A DNA stretch of 27,026 nt from a virus, in UHGV virus genome UHGV-0327176, one strand, 5' to 3'. A program made the translations under genes and the position numbers. The notes beneath the pieces are model-generated. The model did not search any database, was not told the origin of the DNA, and saw only the letters and a program-made list of their open reading frames with translations. Within the stretch, counting starts at the first letter, position 1. Each line of letters begins with the position of its first letter. Below, one piece after another: positions 8,473 to 17,751 of the stretch.

Positions 8473-9938
8473 TGGCACGAAACAAACAAGCCACGCGGCG
8501 AACGGCACAGGCCACCGCTGATGGATATGAGAACTTTGTCGCCCGCGTGGGGATGCAGACGCCTAACCAGCACTCAGCATCGACCTACCGGGCTAACTTC
8601 ACCAGCCGCAACCGCATGCTGGTGGAATGGTCCTATCGTTCGTCCTGGATCATCGGCGAAGCGGTCGACGCTATCCCGGATGATATGACCCGCAAAGGCA
8701 TTCGCATCACTTCGGAAATTGATGCAAAAGATCGCGGCATTCTCGAATCACAACTTGATGAGTTGCAGATCTGGGATGCGCTGAACGACGTGCTGAAATG
8801 GTCTCGCCTCTACGGCGGCGCGGTCGGCTTCATCATGATCGAGGGGCAGGCACCAATGACCCCGCTGCGGCTCGAAACCATTGGAGAAGGCAAGTTTAAG
8901 GGTATTCTCCCGCTCGACCGCTGGATGATTAACCCGGTGCTGACCCGCCGCATTAAAGAGATGGGGCCGGACCTGGGTAAACCTGAGTTTTACGACGTGG
9001 TGACCACTGCAACGGGCATCCCGGCCTGGCGAATCCATCACAGCCGCCTGATTCGCTTCGATGGCGTCACGCTGCCATTCCAGCAGAAGATGACCGAGAA
9101 CGAATGGGGAATGTCGGTTGTAGAGCGAATCTGGGATCGGCTTACTGCGTTCGACAGCGCCACTGTCGGCGCGGCTCAGCTGGTCTACAAAGCGCATCTG
9201 CGCACCTACAGCGTGGAGAAGCTGCGAGAGCTTATCGCACTTGGTGGCCCCGCGTTCGAGGCGTTGCTGAAGAACATCGACCTGATCCGCCAGTTCCAGA
9301 GCAATGAAGGCATGACGCTCATGGACTCGCGGGATAAGTTCGAAACCCACCAGTACAGCTTTAGTGGTCTGGATGACATTCTTTCGCAGTTTGCTGAGCA
9401 GATCAGCGGTGCCGTTGGTATCCCGCTGGTACGCCTGTTCGGTCAATCCCCGAAAGGCTTCTCTACTGGTGATGCAGACCTCGCCAACTATTACGACCGG
9501 GTGAGCTCATTGCAGGAACGCCGCTTACGGATGCCGATGCGTCGGATACTGGACATCATGCATCGTTCGGAGCTTGGCAAGCCGCTGCCGGACGATTTCA
9601 CGTTTGAGTTTAACCCGCTATGGCAAATGTCTGACGTTGACCGCTCAACGGTGGCCGTAAACACTACCAACGCAATCAGTACGGCGCTGGGTGATGGTCT
9701 GATGACACTGAAAGCCGCTATGACTGATTTGCGCGAAAATTCTGACGTAACCGGCATCGGGGCGTCCATTACCGACGAGGACATAGAGAATGCCGAAGAC
9801 GAAGCGCCGCCAGGCATCGGCGAACTTGGCGACAAACCGCCAGAGTCGCCAGGCGGAGATCCGATATCGAACGAGCCTACGGCAGATAGCGCGGGCGGTC
9901 GGGGATATCGTAAATGGTCGCTACGATGGTTCAAATGA
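8472..9938 (+). CDS. Portal protein
   Basis: 488 aa ORF following the large terminase (ATGA overlap), with an acidic low-complexity C-terminal tail. Called by position and size. Confidence 0.75.
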   Translation: MARNKQATRRTAQATADGYENFVARVGMQTPNQHSASTYRANFTSRNRMLVEWSYRSSWIIGEAVDAIPDDMTRKGIRITSEIDAKDRGILESQLDELQIWDALNDVLKWSRLYGGAVGFIMIEGQAPMTPLRLETIGEGKFKGILPLDRWMINPVLTRRIKEMGPDLGKPEFYDVVTTATGIPAWRIHHSRLIRFDGVTLPFQQKMTENEWGMSVVERIWDRLTAFDSATVGAAQLVYKAHLRTYSVEKLRELIALGGPAFEALLKNIDLIRQFQSNEGMTLMDSRDKFETHQYSFSGLDDILSQFAEQISGAVGIPLVRLFGQSPKGFSTGDADLANYYDRVSSLQERRLRMPMRRILDIMHRSELGKPLPDDFTFEFNPLWQMSDVDRSTVAVNTTNAISTALGDGLMTLKAAMTDLRENSDVTGIGASITDEDIENAEDEAPPGIGELGDKPPESPGGDPISNEPTADSAGGRGYRKWSLRWFK

Positions 9939-10563
9939 CAGTGTCACCGAAATAATGGATGCGCTGGAGCGCTACAGCGAAATCATCACCCCCTGGGCGA
10001 CTAAGGTTGCTGAGAGCTTCACCGCCGACATTGCGCGCCAGAATGAAAAGCAGTGGCGTCAGCACAGTCGGAACATCAGCGCAGAACTACGCAACATGGT
10101 CGACCGCGCCCCGGTAGGCCAGGTGATGAAATCCATCGTCGCCGAGCAAATTAAGTACATCAAATCTCTGCCTCTTGAGGCCGCCGATCGGGTGTATGAC
10201 ATTCAGAACAAGGCCATCGAGGCTGTAGTAACTGGTGGCCGCGCTGAGCCATTCGCGAAAGAGATAGCTGCTTCCGGTGACGTGTCACGCTCACGAGCGA
10301 ACCTTATCGCCCGGACTGAGCTTGGGCGCGCAACCGGTGCACTGGATCAGGCGCGTGCGCTGTCAATCGGCTCGAATGGTTATATCTGGCGTACAGCCGA
10401 AGATGGCGACGTCCGGCATTCTCATCGAGAGATGGAAGGGAAGTTTGTCGAATGGGGCCGACCTCCAACGCTTGACGGCATGACCGGTCACGCTGGCGAG
10501 CTCCCGAACTGCCGCTGTTACAAAGAAATCGTCTTCCCCAACCCTCATTCTTATCTCGCCTGA
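9790..10563 (+). CDS. Head morphogenesis protein (Mu F-like minor head protein)
   Basis: The C-terminal region NGYIWRTAEDGDVRHSHREMEGKFVEWGRPPTLDGMTGHAGELPNCRCY matches the Mu F-type motif as I recall it. The ORF overlaps the portal 3' end by 149 nt in another frame; an alternative start is the ATG at 9955. Confidence 0.7.
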   Translation: MPKTKRRQASANLATNRQSRQAEIRYRTSLRQIARAVGDIVNGRYDGSNDSVTEIMDALERYSEIITPWATKVAESFTADIARQNEKQWRQHSRNISAELRNMVDRAPVGQVMKSIVAEQIKYIKSLPLEAADRVYDIQNKAIEAVVTGGRAEPFAKEIAASGDVSRSRANLIARTELGRATGALDQARALSIGSNGYIWRTAEDGDVRHSHREMEGKFVEWGRPPTLDGMTGHAGELPNCRCYKEIVFPNPHSYLA

Positions 10564-10577
10564 ATCGCAGGTAAACC

Positions 10578-11810
10578 ATGAAATATTTTTTCAATACCCG
10601 GCTGGGGGAAACCCGTTATCAGCTGGCTGACGGCTCGCTACTGTGCAAAGACGTGCCGATAGGTCGAACGGGTAAGCAGCTTTACGGCGCTGCCGATCTG
10701 CCAAACCTCAAACCCGACAAGCTCGGCGAGATAGTCGTAACGCGCTCTCCTGATCAGGTGTTCCATCCGGCCACGCTCGCCTCATTCGAAGGGATGAGCA
10801 TCACGATCCTGCATCCTGAAGATGAAAACGGGAATGTGCGGCTGGTCAACCCCGAGAACTGGAAAGAGCTTGCGGTCGGGCATCTTCAGAACGTTCGGCG
10901 CGGGACTGGTGATCAGTCTGATTTGATGCTGGCTGACCTTATCGTCAAAGACGAAAGCGCCATTCAGCTGATCGAAGATGGTCTGCGCGAAGTGTCGTGC
11001 GGCTATGACGCTGAGTACGAGCAGACCGAACCCGGAAAAGCCGAGCAGGTCGATATTACCGGAAACCATGTGGCTCTTGTCCCTAAAGGCAGAGCCGGAA
11101 ATCGTTGTGCAATTGGAGACAGAGACACAATGGCAAATCAAAAGAAAAGCTGGTGGACCCGCATGCGCACGGCCATCAAAACGGGTGATGCTGACACCAT
11201 GAACGAACTGCTGGACTCTGCGCCAGCGGCGGTAACGGGCGATGAAGGGGATCTGCCGAGCGGCGTTAACCTCAACATTAATCTTTCACCGCAACAACCA
11301 TTGCCGGACAAAAAGCCGGAAATGGGCGGAGAGCCAACCGGCGACGGCGAGGACGATATCAAAACCTTGCTCAAAGCCCTGCTGGCTAAGCTGGAAGGTA
11401 CTGCAACGGGCGATAACGACGATAAGCCTGACGGCAAAGATAACAAAGACCCTACCGGCGACGGTGAGGACGACGAAGAGGAAACCACGATTACCGGTGA
11501 CGCTGCTTATCGTGCCGAAGTTATCGTTCCGGGTATCGATCTGAGCCGTAAGGTGAAACCGACCGCGTTCAAACGTGATGTGCTGTCCGCCGCTGACAAA
11601 ACACTGGTTCGCCAGGTTGTCGGTGATGCAGATATCCGCAAATTGCCCAAGCAATCGGTCGATATGGCGTTTAACGCCGTGTCTGAGATTGCCAAAGGGC
11701 GAAACACCCGCAGCACCACGGGCGATGCACAACGTCCAAATATGGGCATGACCAGCATCGCTTCCCTGAACAAACAAAACGCCGACTTCTGGTCTAACCG
11801 CAAAGGATAA
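10578..11810 (+). CDS. Putative prohead protease/scaffolding protein with an acidic low-complexity core
   Basis: 410 aa ORF between the head morphogenesis and capsid genes. The central region is rich in D/E/G/T with a repeated PTGDGEDD unit. I recall similar proteins as DUF2213-type; not verified. Confidence 0.55.
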   Translation: MKYFFNTRLGETRYQLADGSLLCKDVPIGRTGKQLYGAADLPNLKPDKLGEIVVTRSPDQVFHPATLASFEGMSITILHPEDENGNVRLVNPENWKELAVGHLQNVRRGTGDQSDLMLADLIVKDESAIQLIEDGLREVSCGYDAEYEQTEPGKAEQVDITGNHVALVPKGRAGNRCAIGDRDTMANQKKSWWTRMRTAIKTGDADTMNELLDSAPAAVTGDEGDLPSGVNLNINLSPQQPLPDKKPEMGGEPTGDGEDDIKTLLKALLAKLEGTATGDNDDKPDGKDNKDPTGDGEDDEEETTITGDAAYRAEVIVPGIDLSRKVKPTAFKRDVLSAADKTLVRQVVGDADIRKLPKQSVDMAFNAVSEIAKGRNTRSTTGDAQRPNMGMTSIASLNKQNADFWSNRKG

Positions 11811-11814
11811 TCCA

Positions 11815-12318
11815 ATGACTGCATATTTGTACCGGATGCCTGTTGGCATTGCCGGGGCTATCTCTCGCCCGCAGGACTTAACCGTCGAACCGGTGATCCT
11901 TAAATCCGCTAACGCCTTCGCTGCCTATGGTCTGGCTGGCAAATATGACGCTGACGGCTTTTTCGTGCCGCTGGCGGACGGTGACACCGCCGACAAGGTG
12001 AAGGGGATCTACGTTCGTCCGTATCCGACCACATCGCAGCCAGACATGGTTCGCCAGGTGGGGACGGATAAGAACTTCCCGGGTGACGCCATGAAGCGTG
12101 GCTACATGACCGTTAACCTCGGATCTGGCTTCGATGCCAGCACCATCAAAAAAGGCGATCCTGTCTACGTGGTCGTTTCGCTCGATTCAACCATTGACGT
12201 GCCGCTGGGCGGCTTCATGTCCACGTCCGTCAGTGGCAAAAACGTGGCGCTGACCAACGCCGAATTCACAGGGGCCGGTGACGCTAACGGCAATGCAGAA
12301 ATCTCCTGGAAGATTTAA
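11815..12318 (+). CDS. Hypothetical head protein (possible decoration or scaffold-associated)
   Basis: 167 aa ORF immediately upstream of the putative major capsid gene. Called by position only. Confidence 0.45.
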   Translation: MTAYLYRMPVGIAGAISRPQDLTVEPVILKSANAFAAYGLAGKYDADGFFVPLADGDTADKVKGIYVRPYPTTSQPDMVRQVGTDKNFPGDAMKRGYMTVNLGSGFDASTIKKGDPVYVVVSLDSTIDVPLGGFMSTSVSGKNVALTNAEFTGAGDANGNAEISWKI

Positions 12319-12329
12319 GGAACAGACGA

Positions 12330-13271
12330 ATGATTACTTTTGATCAGGCAACCGTTGATAGCTCTGGTGCCTTTCTCATCGGGGAGCTGGAGCGACTCGA
12401 CCAGACGCTGAACCTGCCGCTGGTGGGTTACACCTGGACCCGCGATATTCAGCTGCGTGAAGACGTTTCTATCGCAGATGACATTTCCAGCTGGACTAAC
12501 ACCAGTTTTGGCGCTGCGGGTACTGGCGCAAATCCGAACGGTAAAAACTGGGTAGGCAAAGACTCCACTGCTATTGCTGGCGTGAGTGTTGATATCGGCA
12601 AAGACGGCAATCCGCTGAACCTCTGGGGCATGGAGCTGGGCTGGACCGTTGTGGAGCTGGCAGCAGCTCAGCAGGTAGGTCGCCCGATTGATACCCAGAA
12701 GTACGACGGGATGCAGCTCAAATGGCAGATGGACAACGACGAGCAGGTTTACATTGGCGATGATGCGCTCGGCCTGAAAGGGCTGGCAAACCTTGTCGGT
12801 GTGACGCTGAACAATGCGCCGAAGACCTGGGCGAACTCCACCAACGACGAGATCCTCGATAGCGTGAACAGCATTCTGTCGAATGCCTGGGCAGCATCCG
12901 GTTATTCCGTCGTGCCTTCTGATCTGCGCATTCCGCCAGAGCAGTATTCACTGCTGGCGAGCCGTAAGGTTTCCGAAGCGGGTAACCAGTCACTGCTGAC
13001 CTATCTGGCCGTGAACACTATCGCTTTCCACCAGAACGGCGTTCCGCTGGAAATCAAAGCGGTTAAATGGCTGAAAGGGCGCGGGGTTGGCGGTAAAGAC
13101 CGTATGGTCGCCTACACCAACGACAAGAAATATGTGCGCTATCCGCTGGTGCCGTTGCAGAGCGTTCCTATCCAGTATCGCGGTCTGTACCAGATTGCGA
13201 CCTACTACGGCAAGCTCGGTGCGGTTGAGCCAGTGTACAAAGAAACCCTGTCCTACGTGGACGGTATCTGA
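12330..13271 (+). CDS. Major capsid protein (putative)
   Basis: 313 aa ORF at the expected position and size, followed by a GC-rich stem-loop, consistent with a highly expressed capsid gene. Family not confirmed. Confidence 0.65.
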   Translation: MITFDQATVDSSGAFLIGELERLDQTLNLPLVGYTWTRDIQLREDVSIADDISSWTNTSFGAAGTGANPNGKNWVGKDSTAIAGVSVDIGKDGNPLNLWGMELGWTVVELAAAQQVGRPIDTQKYDGMQLKWQMDNDEQVYIGDDALGLKGLANLVGVTLNNAPKTWANSTNDEILDSVNSILSNAWAASGYSVVPSDLRIPPEQYSLLASRKVSEAGNQSLLTYLAVNTIAFHQNGVPLEIKAVKWLKGRGVGGKDRMVAYTNDKKYVRYPLVPLQSVPIQYRGLYQIATYYGKLGAVEPVYKETLSYVDGI

Positions 13272-13282
13272 TAACCAGAACG

Positions 13283-13298
13283 GCCCCGAAAGGGGCCA
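13283..13298 (+). other. Stem-loop after the capsid gene (ggcccc-gaaa-ggggcc), no T-run
   Basis: Perfect 6-bp GC stem with a GAAA tetraloop 12 nt after the capsid stop. Probably an RNA-stabilising or processing hairpin rather than a terminator. Confidence 0.35.
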
Positions 13299-13312
13299 GA
13301 AGGAAACTGAAA

Positions 13313-13681
13313 ATGGCGAAAGAAAAGCTGGTTACCATCCATGTTCACACTCCGTTTACGCTGACGCTCGGCGATCAGTCAAAACAGGAGTTTGGCCGGG
13401 GGCGGCATAACGTACCGGAAGAGGTCGCGTCTCACTGGTTCACCCAGGCGCACTCTGAGCTTTCCGAAAGCGTGATTAGCGACACCGATGATCTGCAACC
13501 CATTATCGACAGCCTGCAAGCGCAGATTGCCGACAAAGATAAGCAGATTGTCGATCTGAAAGAAGCGCTGCTCAAGCTGCAAGAGCAGAACGACAGCCTG
13601 CAAGCGCAGATTGCTGCCGCCCAGACTGGCGGTAATGGGGCGAAAGATGCCAAAGAATCAAAGCCTGCCAACAGTAAGTGA
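13313..13681 (+). CDS. Hypothetical virion protein with a C-terminal coiled coil
   Basis: 122 aa ORF with an AGGAAA ribosome-binding site. The C-terminus has heptad-like repeats (DSLQAQIA occurs twice), encoded by a 23-bp perfect direct repeat. Confidence 0.5.
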   Translation: MAKEKLVTIHVHTPFTLTLGDQSKQEFGRGRHNVPEEVASHWFTQAHSELSESVISDTDDLQPIIDSLQAQIADKDKQIVDLKEALLKLQEQNDSLQAQIAAAQTGGNGAKDAKESKPANSK

Positions 13682-14054
13682 TTTTCGCCGCGACTTCCCG
13701 CAGTTTGCTGACCCTGCCAAATATCCCGAAGCGCAAATCCAGTTTCGTCTGAATCTGGCCGACGAGCTGCTGAGCGAAAACGTCACCGGCAAAAAGTTGT
13801 TTCCGTATTTTGCCGAGTTGTTTGTGGCGCACTACATGACACTCTGGGCGGCAGATAGCCGGGCAATGCTCGTCGGCGGCCCAGGTGGCTCAACCAATGG
13901 TGTTCAGTCCTCCAAGTCCGTTGACAAGGTAAGCGTCAGCTATGACACCAGCGCGACGCTAAACCCTGACGCAGGCTTCTGGAATAACACCCGATATGGC
14001 GCTGAATTTTATCAGCTGATCACGATGTTCGGTGCGGGCGGTCGCCAGCTATGA
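13647..14054 (+). CDS. Head-tail connector-type protein (recalled as DUF4054-like)
   Basis: The N-terminus (after the chosen start) [32 protein letters not shown] resembles the conserved start of DUF4054 phage proteins as I remember them. Start chosen at the ATG at 13647; the ORF track begins at 13611. Confidence 0.5.
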   Translation: MPKNQSLPTVSDFRRDFPQFADPAKYPEAQIQFRLNLADELLSENVTGKKLFPYFAELFVAHYMTLWAADSRAMLVGGPGGSTNGVQSSKSVDKVSVSYDTSATLNPDAGFWNNTRYGAEFYQLITMFGAGGRQL

Positions 14055-14605
14055 GTTTCAAAAGTGGTGTAACAACGAGGGTTGATAACGCTCAGGCCAT
14101 TCTGGATGTGCTCCGGTCGCTAACCAAAAAGGATGTGCTGGTGGGCATCCCGGAAGAAGACAGCGAGCGTGAGGATGTTCCGTTTGGTAATGCCGGGATC
14201 GGTTACGTCAACGAATACGGCTCACCAGCGCAAAACATACCCCCACGCCCGCACCTGATCCCCGGCGTTAAATCCGTAGAGGAACAGACGGTGCCGCAGC
14301 TCAAAGCAGCGGCGCAGGCTGCGCTTGATGGAAATGCGGCGGGTGCGGAAAGAGCGCTTAACCGCGCAGGAACGCTGGCCGCGAATGGCGTCAGGCGTTA
14401 CATGACCATTACCGGCTTTACACCGCTTGCTGATAGCACCGTTGAAGCACGCGCACGCCGTGGGCGCAAAGGGGCAAAAGAGGAACTTGCGCGGCGCGCT
14501 GCTGGTGAGTCTCCTGGAACCGATCTGGTGAAACCGCTAATCGACACCGGGCAATATCGCAGAGCTATTACCCATATTGTGAGGGATAAAGATGCCGACT
14601 CTTGA
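14051..14605 (+). CDS. Hypothetical virion morphogenesis / head-tail joining protein
   Basis: 184 aa ORF with start overlapping the upstream stop (ATGA). Called by position in the head-tail joining block. Confidence 0.5.
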   Translation: MSFKSGVTTRVDNAQAILDVLRSLTKKDVLVGIPEEDSEREDVPFGNAGIGYVNEYGSPAQNIPPRPHLIPGVKSVEEQTVPQLKAAAQAALDGNAAGAERALNRAGTLAANGVRRYMTITGFTPLADSTVEARARRGRKGAKEELARRAAGESPGTDLVKPLIDTGQYRRAITHIVRDKDADS

Positions 14606-14981
14606 TGTAACAGACGTGCTTTTTGACCCCGATTTTTGCGACTTCAACCTGTGGGTAACGCGTCGCGCGCAAACGGTGGACGATGACGGGATCGGCAGCG
14701 ACAGCGAAGTTAAAACGCAGTTTGCCGGGGTTGTTACTGTTGACCGCTCCCTGGAAAACCGCCGCATGCAGGCCGGGCAGGTTATCAGCGGCGCGATTCT
14801 CATCGTGACAACTGAGCGGCTGACGCAGGGGCAGACTGGCCGTGATGCCGATATCGTGACGTATCAGAACCGTGATTATCGCGTGACATTCGTCGACCCG
14901 TATACGGCTTACGGTGCTGGCTTCGTCCAGGCTCATTGTGAATTACTGCCGTTTGATGGGGGAACTCCCATTGAGCAATAA
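14592..14981 (+). CDS. Hypothetical head-tail adaptor protein
   Basis: 129 aa ORF overlapping both neighbours. Called by position only. Confidence 0.45.
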   Translation: MPTLDVTDVLFDPDFCDFNLWVTRRAQTVDDDGIGSDSEVKTQFAGVVTVDRSLENRRMQAGQVISGAILIVTTERLTQGQTGRDADIVTYQNRDYRVTFVDPYTAYGAGFVQAHCELLPFDGGTPIEQ

Positions 14982-15519
14982 CACCAGCACAGAGCGCGGC
15001 TGGCTGACACCCACCAGCGGCGATCCGGCTTATGACGAAGCGCTCGACAGGCTGCTAAGCCAGTGGATGCGCAATGTTTCCGGCTTGCCGTCTGGAATGG
15101 TTCGTCCGCGCTGGCAGAAAAATCAGCCGCCACTGCCACCCGTTGAAACGAACTGGTGCGCGTTTGGCGTTACCGGGTTGCTCATTGATAACAACCCTGC
15201 ATTCACCGGGCAGACTGAAGAGGGCGCTCAGCTCTGGAGGCATGAAACGTTCGAGTGCATGGCGTCGTTCTATGGTCCGGCTGGTATGTCTTATGCGTCC
15301 CGTTTTCGCGATGGTATATCTGTCCCGCAAAACAATGCTGAGCTGAACGCGCTTGGTTTATCCCTTGGCGACTATACCGCTCTGACCCCTTTCCCCGAAC
15401 TTATCAACCAGCAATGGGTTCGCCGTTACGACATGACGGTGCGACTGCGCCGGAAGGTTGTCCGCGAGTATGGCATCAAATCGCTGGTGGAAGTGCCAGT
15501 CACCTTTTTTGGAGAATAA
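14956..15519 (+). CDS. Hypothetical neck/tail completion protein
   Basis: 188 aa from the ATG at 14956; the ORF track starts at 14914. Sits directly upstream of the sheath gene. Confidence 0.45.
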   Translation: MGELPLSNNTSTERGWLTPTSGDPAYDEALDRLLSQWMRNVSGLPSGMVRPRWQKNQPPLPPVETNWCAFGVTGLLIDNNPAFTGQTEEGAQLWRHETFECMASFYGPAGMSYASRFRDGISVPQNNAELNALGLSLGDYTALTPFPELINQQWVRRYDMTVRLRRKVVREYGIKSLVEVPVTFFGE

Positions 15520-15522
15520 ACT

Positions 15523-16683
15523 ATGACGCAGGGCTTACCTGTATCCAACGTTGTAAACGTTGATGTGATCATCTCGCCGAAAGCGGCTACTGGTCGTAAC
15601 TTCGGCGCATTGCTAATCCTTGGCTCTTCCACTGTCATTCCGGTGACAGAACGTACTCGCCTATATGCTTCCATTGAGGACATTGGCGAAGACTTCGGTG
15701 TCGACAGCCCGGAATATAAAGCAGCGCAGGTTTTCTTCAGCCAGTCACCGAAGCCGACACAGGTTTATGTTGGTCGCTGGGCGAAGACGCTGAGTTCTTC
15801 CGAGAGTGGAGATACTGAAACTATCGTGCAAGCCGTTAATGCCTGCCTGCAATATACCAACTGGTATGGGCTGGTTGTCGCTGATGATGTTGTCGCTGGT
15901 GGCGATGTGCTTGATGCTGATGACGTGATTGAGGTCGCCAAACTTATTGAAGCGTCCAGCCTTAGCCGTATCTTTGGTGTGACCTCTGCCGACGCCGAGA
16001 TTATCAGCACGACTTCGACGACCGATGTTGCGTCGAAATTAAAGGCTGGCAAGTATGCCCGTACCTTTATTCAGTATTCCACCAGCAGCCCTTACGCAGC
16101 GGTTTCTGCTTTCGGTCGTGCGTTTACTGTCAATTTCAACGGCAGCAATACCACCATTACCCTGAAGTTCAAACAGGAACCAAGCGTAACCTACGAAACG
16201 TTGACGGTAGGCCAGGCGGCTGCGGTGGATACGAAGAATGCGAACGTGTTCGTGTACTACGCCAACGACACGGCGATCCTGCAACAGGGTGTCATGGCGA
16301 ACGGTGACTTCTTCGACGAGCGCCACGGGCTCGACTGGTTGCAGAACTACGTTCAGACCAACCTCTATAACCTGCTTTACACCAGCACCACCAAAATTCC
16401 GCAGACTGATGCCGGTGTTACCCGTCTGCTTTCCAACGTTGAAAAGTCCATGGATCAGTCCGTCACGAACGGTCTGGTTGCTGCTGGCGTGTGGAATGGT
16501 GGCCCTATCGGACAGCTGAATTCCGGCGATACGCTGACCAAAGGCTATTACGTGTATGCGCAACCGCTGTCCGAACAGGCGCAGGCCGACCGCGAAGCGC
16601 GCAAAGCACCGTTAATCCAGGTGGCCTGTAAGCTGGCTGGCGCAGTTCATTATGCCGATGTGCAGATCAACGTGGTTCGCTAA
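15523..16683 (+). CDS. Tail sheath protein (recalled as DUF3383-type)
   Basis: 386 aa ORF followed by a tube-sized gene, a chaperone and the tape measure. The N-terminus [30 protein letters not shown] resembles DUF3383 sheath proteins as I remember them. Confidence 0.65.
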   Translation: MTQGLPVSNVVNVDVIISPKAATGRNFGALLILGSSTVIPVTERTRLYASIEDIGEDFGVDSPEYKAAQVFFSQSPKPTQVYVGRWAKTLSSSESGDTETIVQAVNACLQYTNWYGLVVADDVVAGGDVLDADDVIEVAKLIEASSLSRIFGVTSADAEIISTTSTTDVASKLKAGKYARTFIQYSTSSPYAAVSAFGRAFTVNFNGSNTTITLKFKQEPSVTYETLTVGQAAAVDTKNANVFVYYANDTAILQQGVMANGDFFDERHGLDWLQNYVQTNLYNLLYTSTTKIPQTDAGVTRLLSNVEKSMDQSVTNGLVAAGVWNGGPIGQLNSGDTLTKGYYVYAQPLSEQAQADREARKAPLIQVACKLAGAVHYADVQINVVR

Positions 16684-16693
16684 GGAGCGATAA

Positions 16694-17134
16694 ATGGCAA
16701 CTTATTCTTTTCTCGATGTAACCGCGTCGCTCACCGGGCCGACCGGCGTTATCGATCTTGGTCAGGGTTCTGCGAACTCTGAGGAAGGTATCACCCAGAC
16801 CATGGGCGGCAACAAAAACACCATGACCATCGGTGCCGATGGCGAGGTGATGCACAGCCTGCACGCCGATAAGTCAGGCACCATTACGGTGACGCTACTC
16901 AAAACCTCCCCGGTGAATAAAAAGCTGTCTCTGGCGTATAACGCGCAAAGCCAGTCCTCTGCCACCTGGGGCAATAACGTGATCGTCATTCGCAACACGG
17001 CATCGGGTGATATTTCTACTGCGCGTTCGTGTGCATTCCAGAAACAGCCTGATTTCAATAACGCTAAAGAGGGCGGAACCGTCGCCTGGGTATTCGACTG
17101 CGGCAAGATTGACCAGCTTCTCGGGGAGTTTTAA
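16694..17134 (+). CDS. Tail tube protein (recalled as DUF3277-type)
   Basis: 146 aa ORF immediately after the sheath gene. Size and position fit a contractile-tail tube. Confidence 0.6.
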   Translation: MATYSFLDVTASLTGPTGVIDLGQGSANSEEGITQTMGGNKNTMTIGADGEVMHSLHADKSGTITVTLLKTSPVNKKLSLAYNAQSQSSATWGNNVIVIRNTASGDISTARSCAFQKQPDFNNAKEGGTVAWVFDCGKIDQLLGEF

Positions 17135-17137
17135 CGC

Positions 17138-17563
17138 ATGGAATTCGAAATTAAAGGCGTGAAATATCGCACCGCAAAGCTCAGCGTTTTCGAACAGCTG
17201 AAGGTGTCCCGCAAGCTGTTGCCGGTTCTGGCCGGGATGGTTTCGGACTTCCGGAGCGTTCAGGAGAAGATCAGCAGCAAAGACACCGAAGGCGCGATGG
17301 CTACCATCCTGCCAAAGATTGCCAATGCTGTGTCCGATCTGAGTGATGGCGACGTGGACGCTATCCTGTTCCCCTGTCTTTCCGTTGTTTCACGCGAGCA
17401 CATGAAAGGCTGGGTGCCGGTCTGCCAGCATGGCGAAATGGCGTTTGACGATATCGACCTGCTGACCATGCTGCAACTGGTGGCGCGGGTGGTCGCCGAC
17501 TCTCTGGGAAATTTTTTGCAAGGACTCCCTACCAGCGAGACGCCCACCCCGCCAGCGGAATAA
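17138..17563 (+). CDS. Tail assembly chaperone (short, G-like product)
   Basis: 141 aa ORF between the tube and tape measure genes. It contains a slippery heptamer near its 3' end (see next feature). Confidence 0.6.
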   Translation: MEFEIKGVKYRTAKLSVFEQLKVSRKLLPVLAGMVSDFRSVQEKISSKDTEGAMATILPKIANAVSDLSDGDVDAILFPCLSVVSREHMKGWVPVCQHGEMAFDDIDLLTMLQLVARVVADSLGNFLQGLPTSETPTPPAE

Positions 17564-17751
17564 CCTTCAATAGCCTGCCGGGCGGTGAAGATTTTATTCT
17601 TCGTCCGGCGCTTGCCTTCCATATTGACCAGAAAGACCTTAACAGCGGTGCGGTAGATCTTTGCCGCATCGCGCTTCTCAATGACTACCTCGACATGCGC
17701 GAGGATAACGACGCCCGGGTAGATAAATGGAGAGCGGCCAATGAGCGGTAA
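17138..17751 (+). CDS. Tail assembly chaperone, predicted -1 frameshift fusion (GT-like product)
   Basis: Slippery heptamer A_AAT_TTT at 17509-17515 in the zero frame (codons gga|aat|ttt, followed by a TTTTTT run). The -1 frame is open for 78 codons (17515-17748) and stops at TAA 17749-17751, overlapping the tape measure ATG at 17741. Hand-translated with no internal stops. Confidence 0.55.

Noticed and set aside
8748-9446. 232-aa - strand ORF (and similar long - strand ORFs at 11286-11849, 16039-16563, 17678-18301)
   Set aside because: Each lies wholly inside a well-supported + strand structural gene (portal, scaffold, sheath, tape measure). These are typical antisense shadow ORFs in GC-rich coding DNA, with no ribosome-binding site or recognisable motif.
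13611-13646. Upstream in-frame start for the connector-like gene at 13611
   Set aside because: It would overlap the preceding ORF by 70 nt. The ATG at 13647 gives an N-terminus resembling the conserved family start, so the shorter model is preferred, though not proven.
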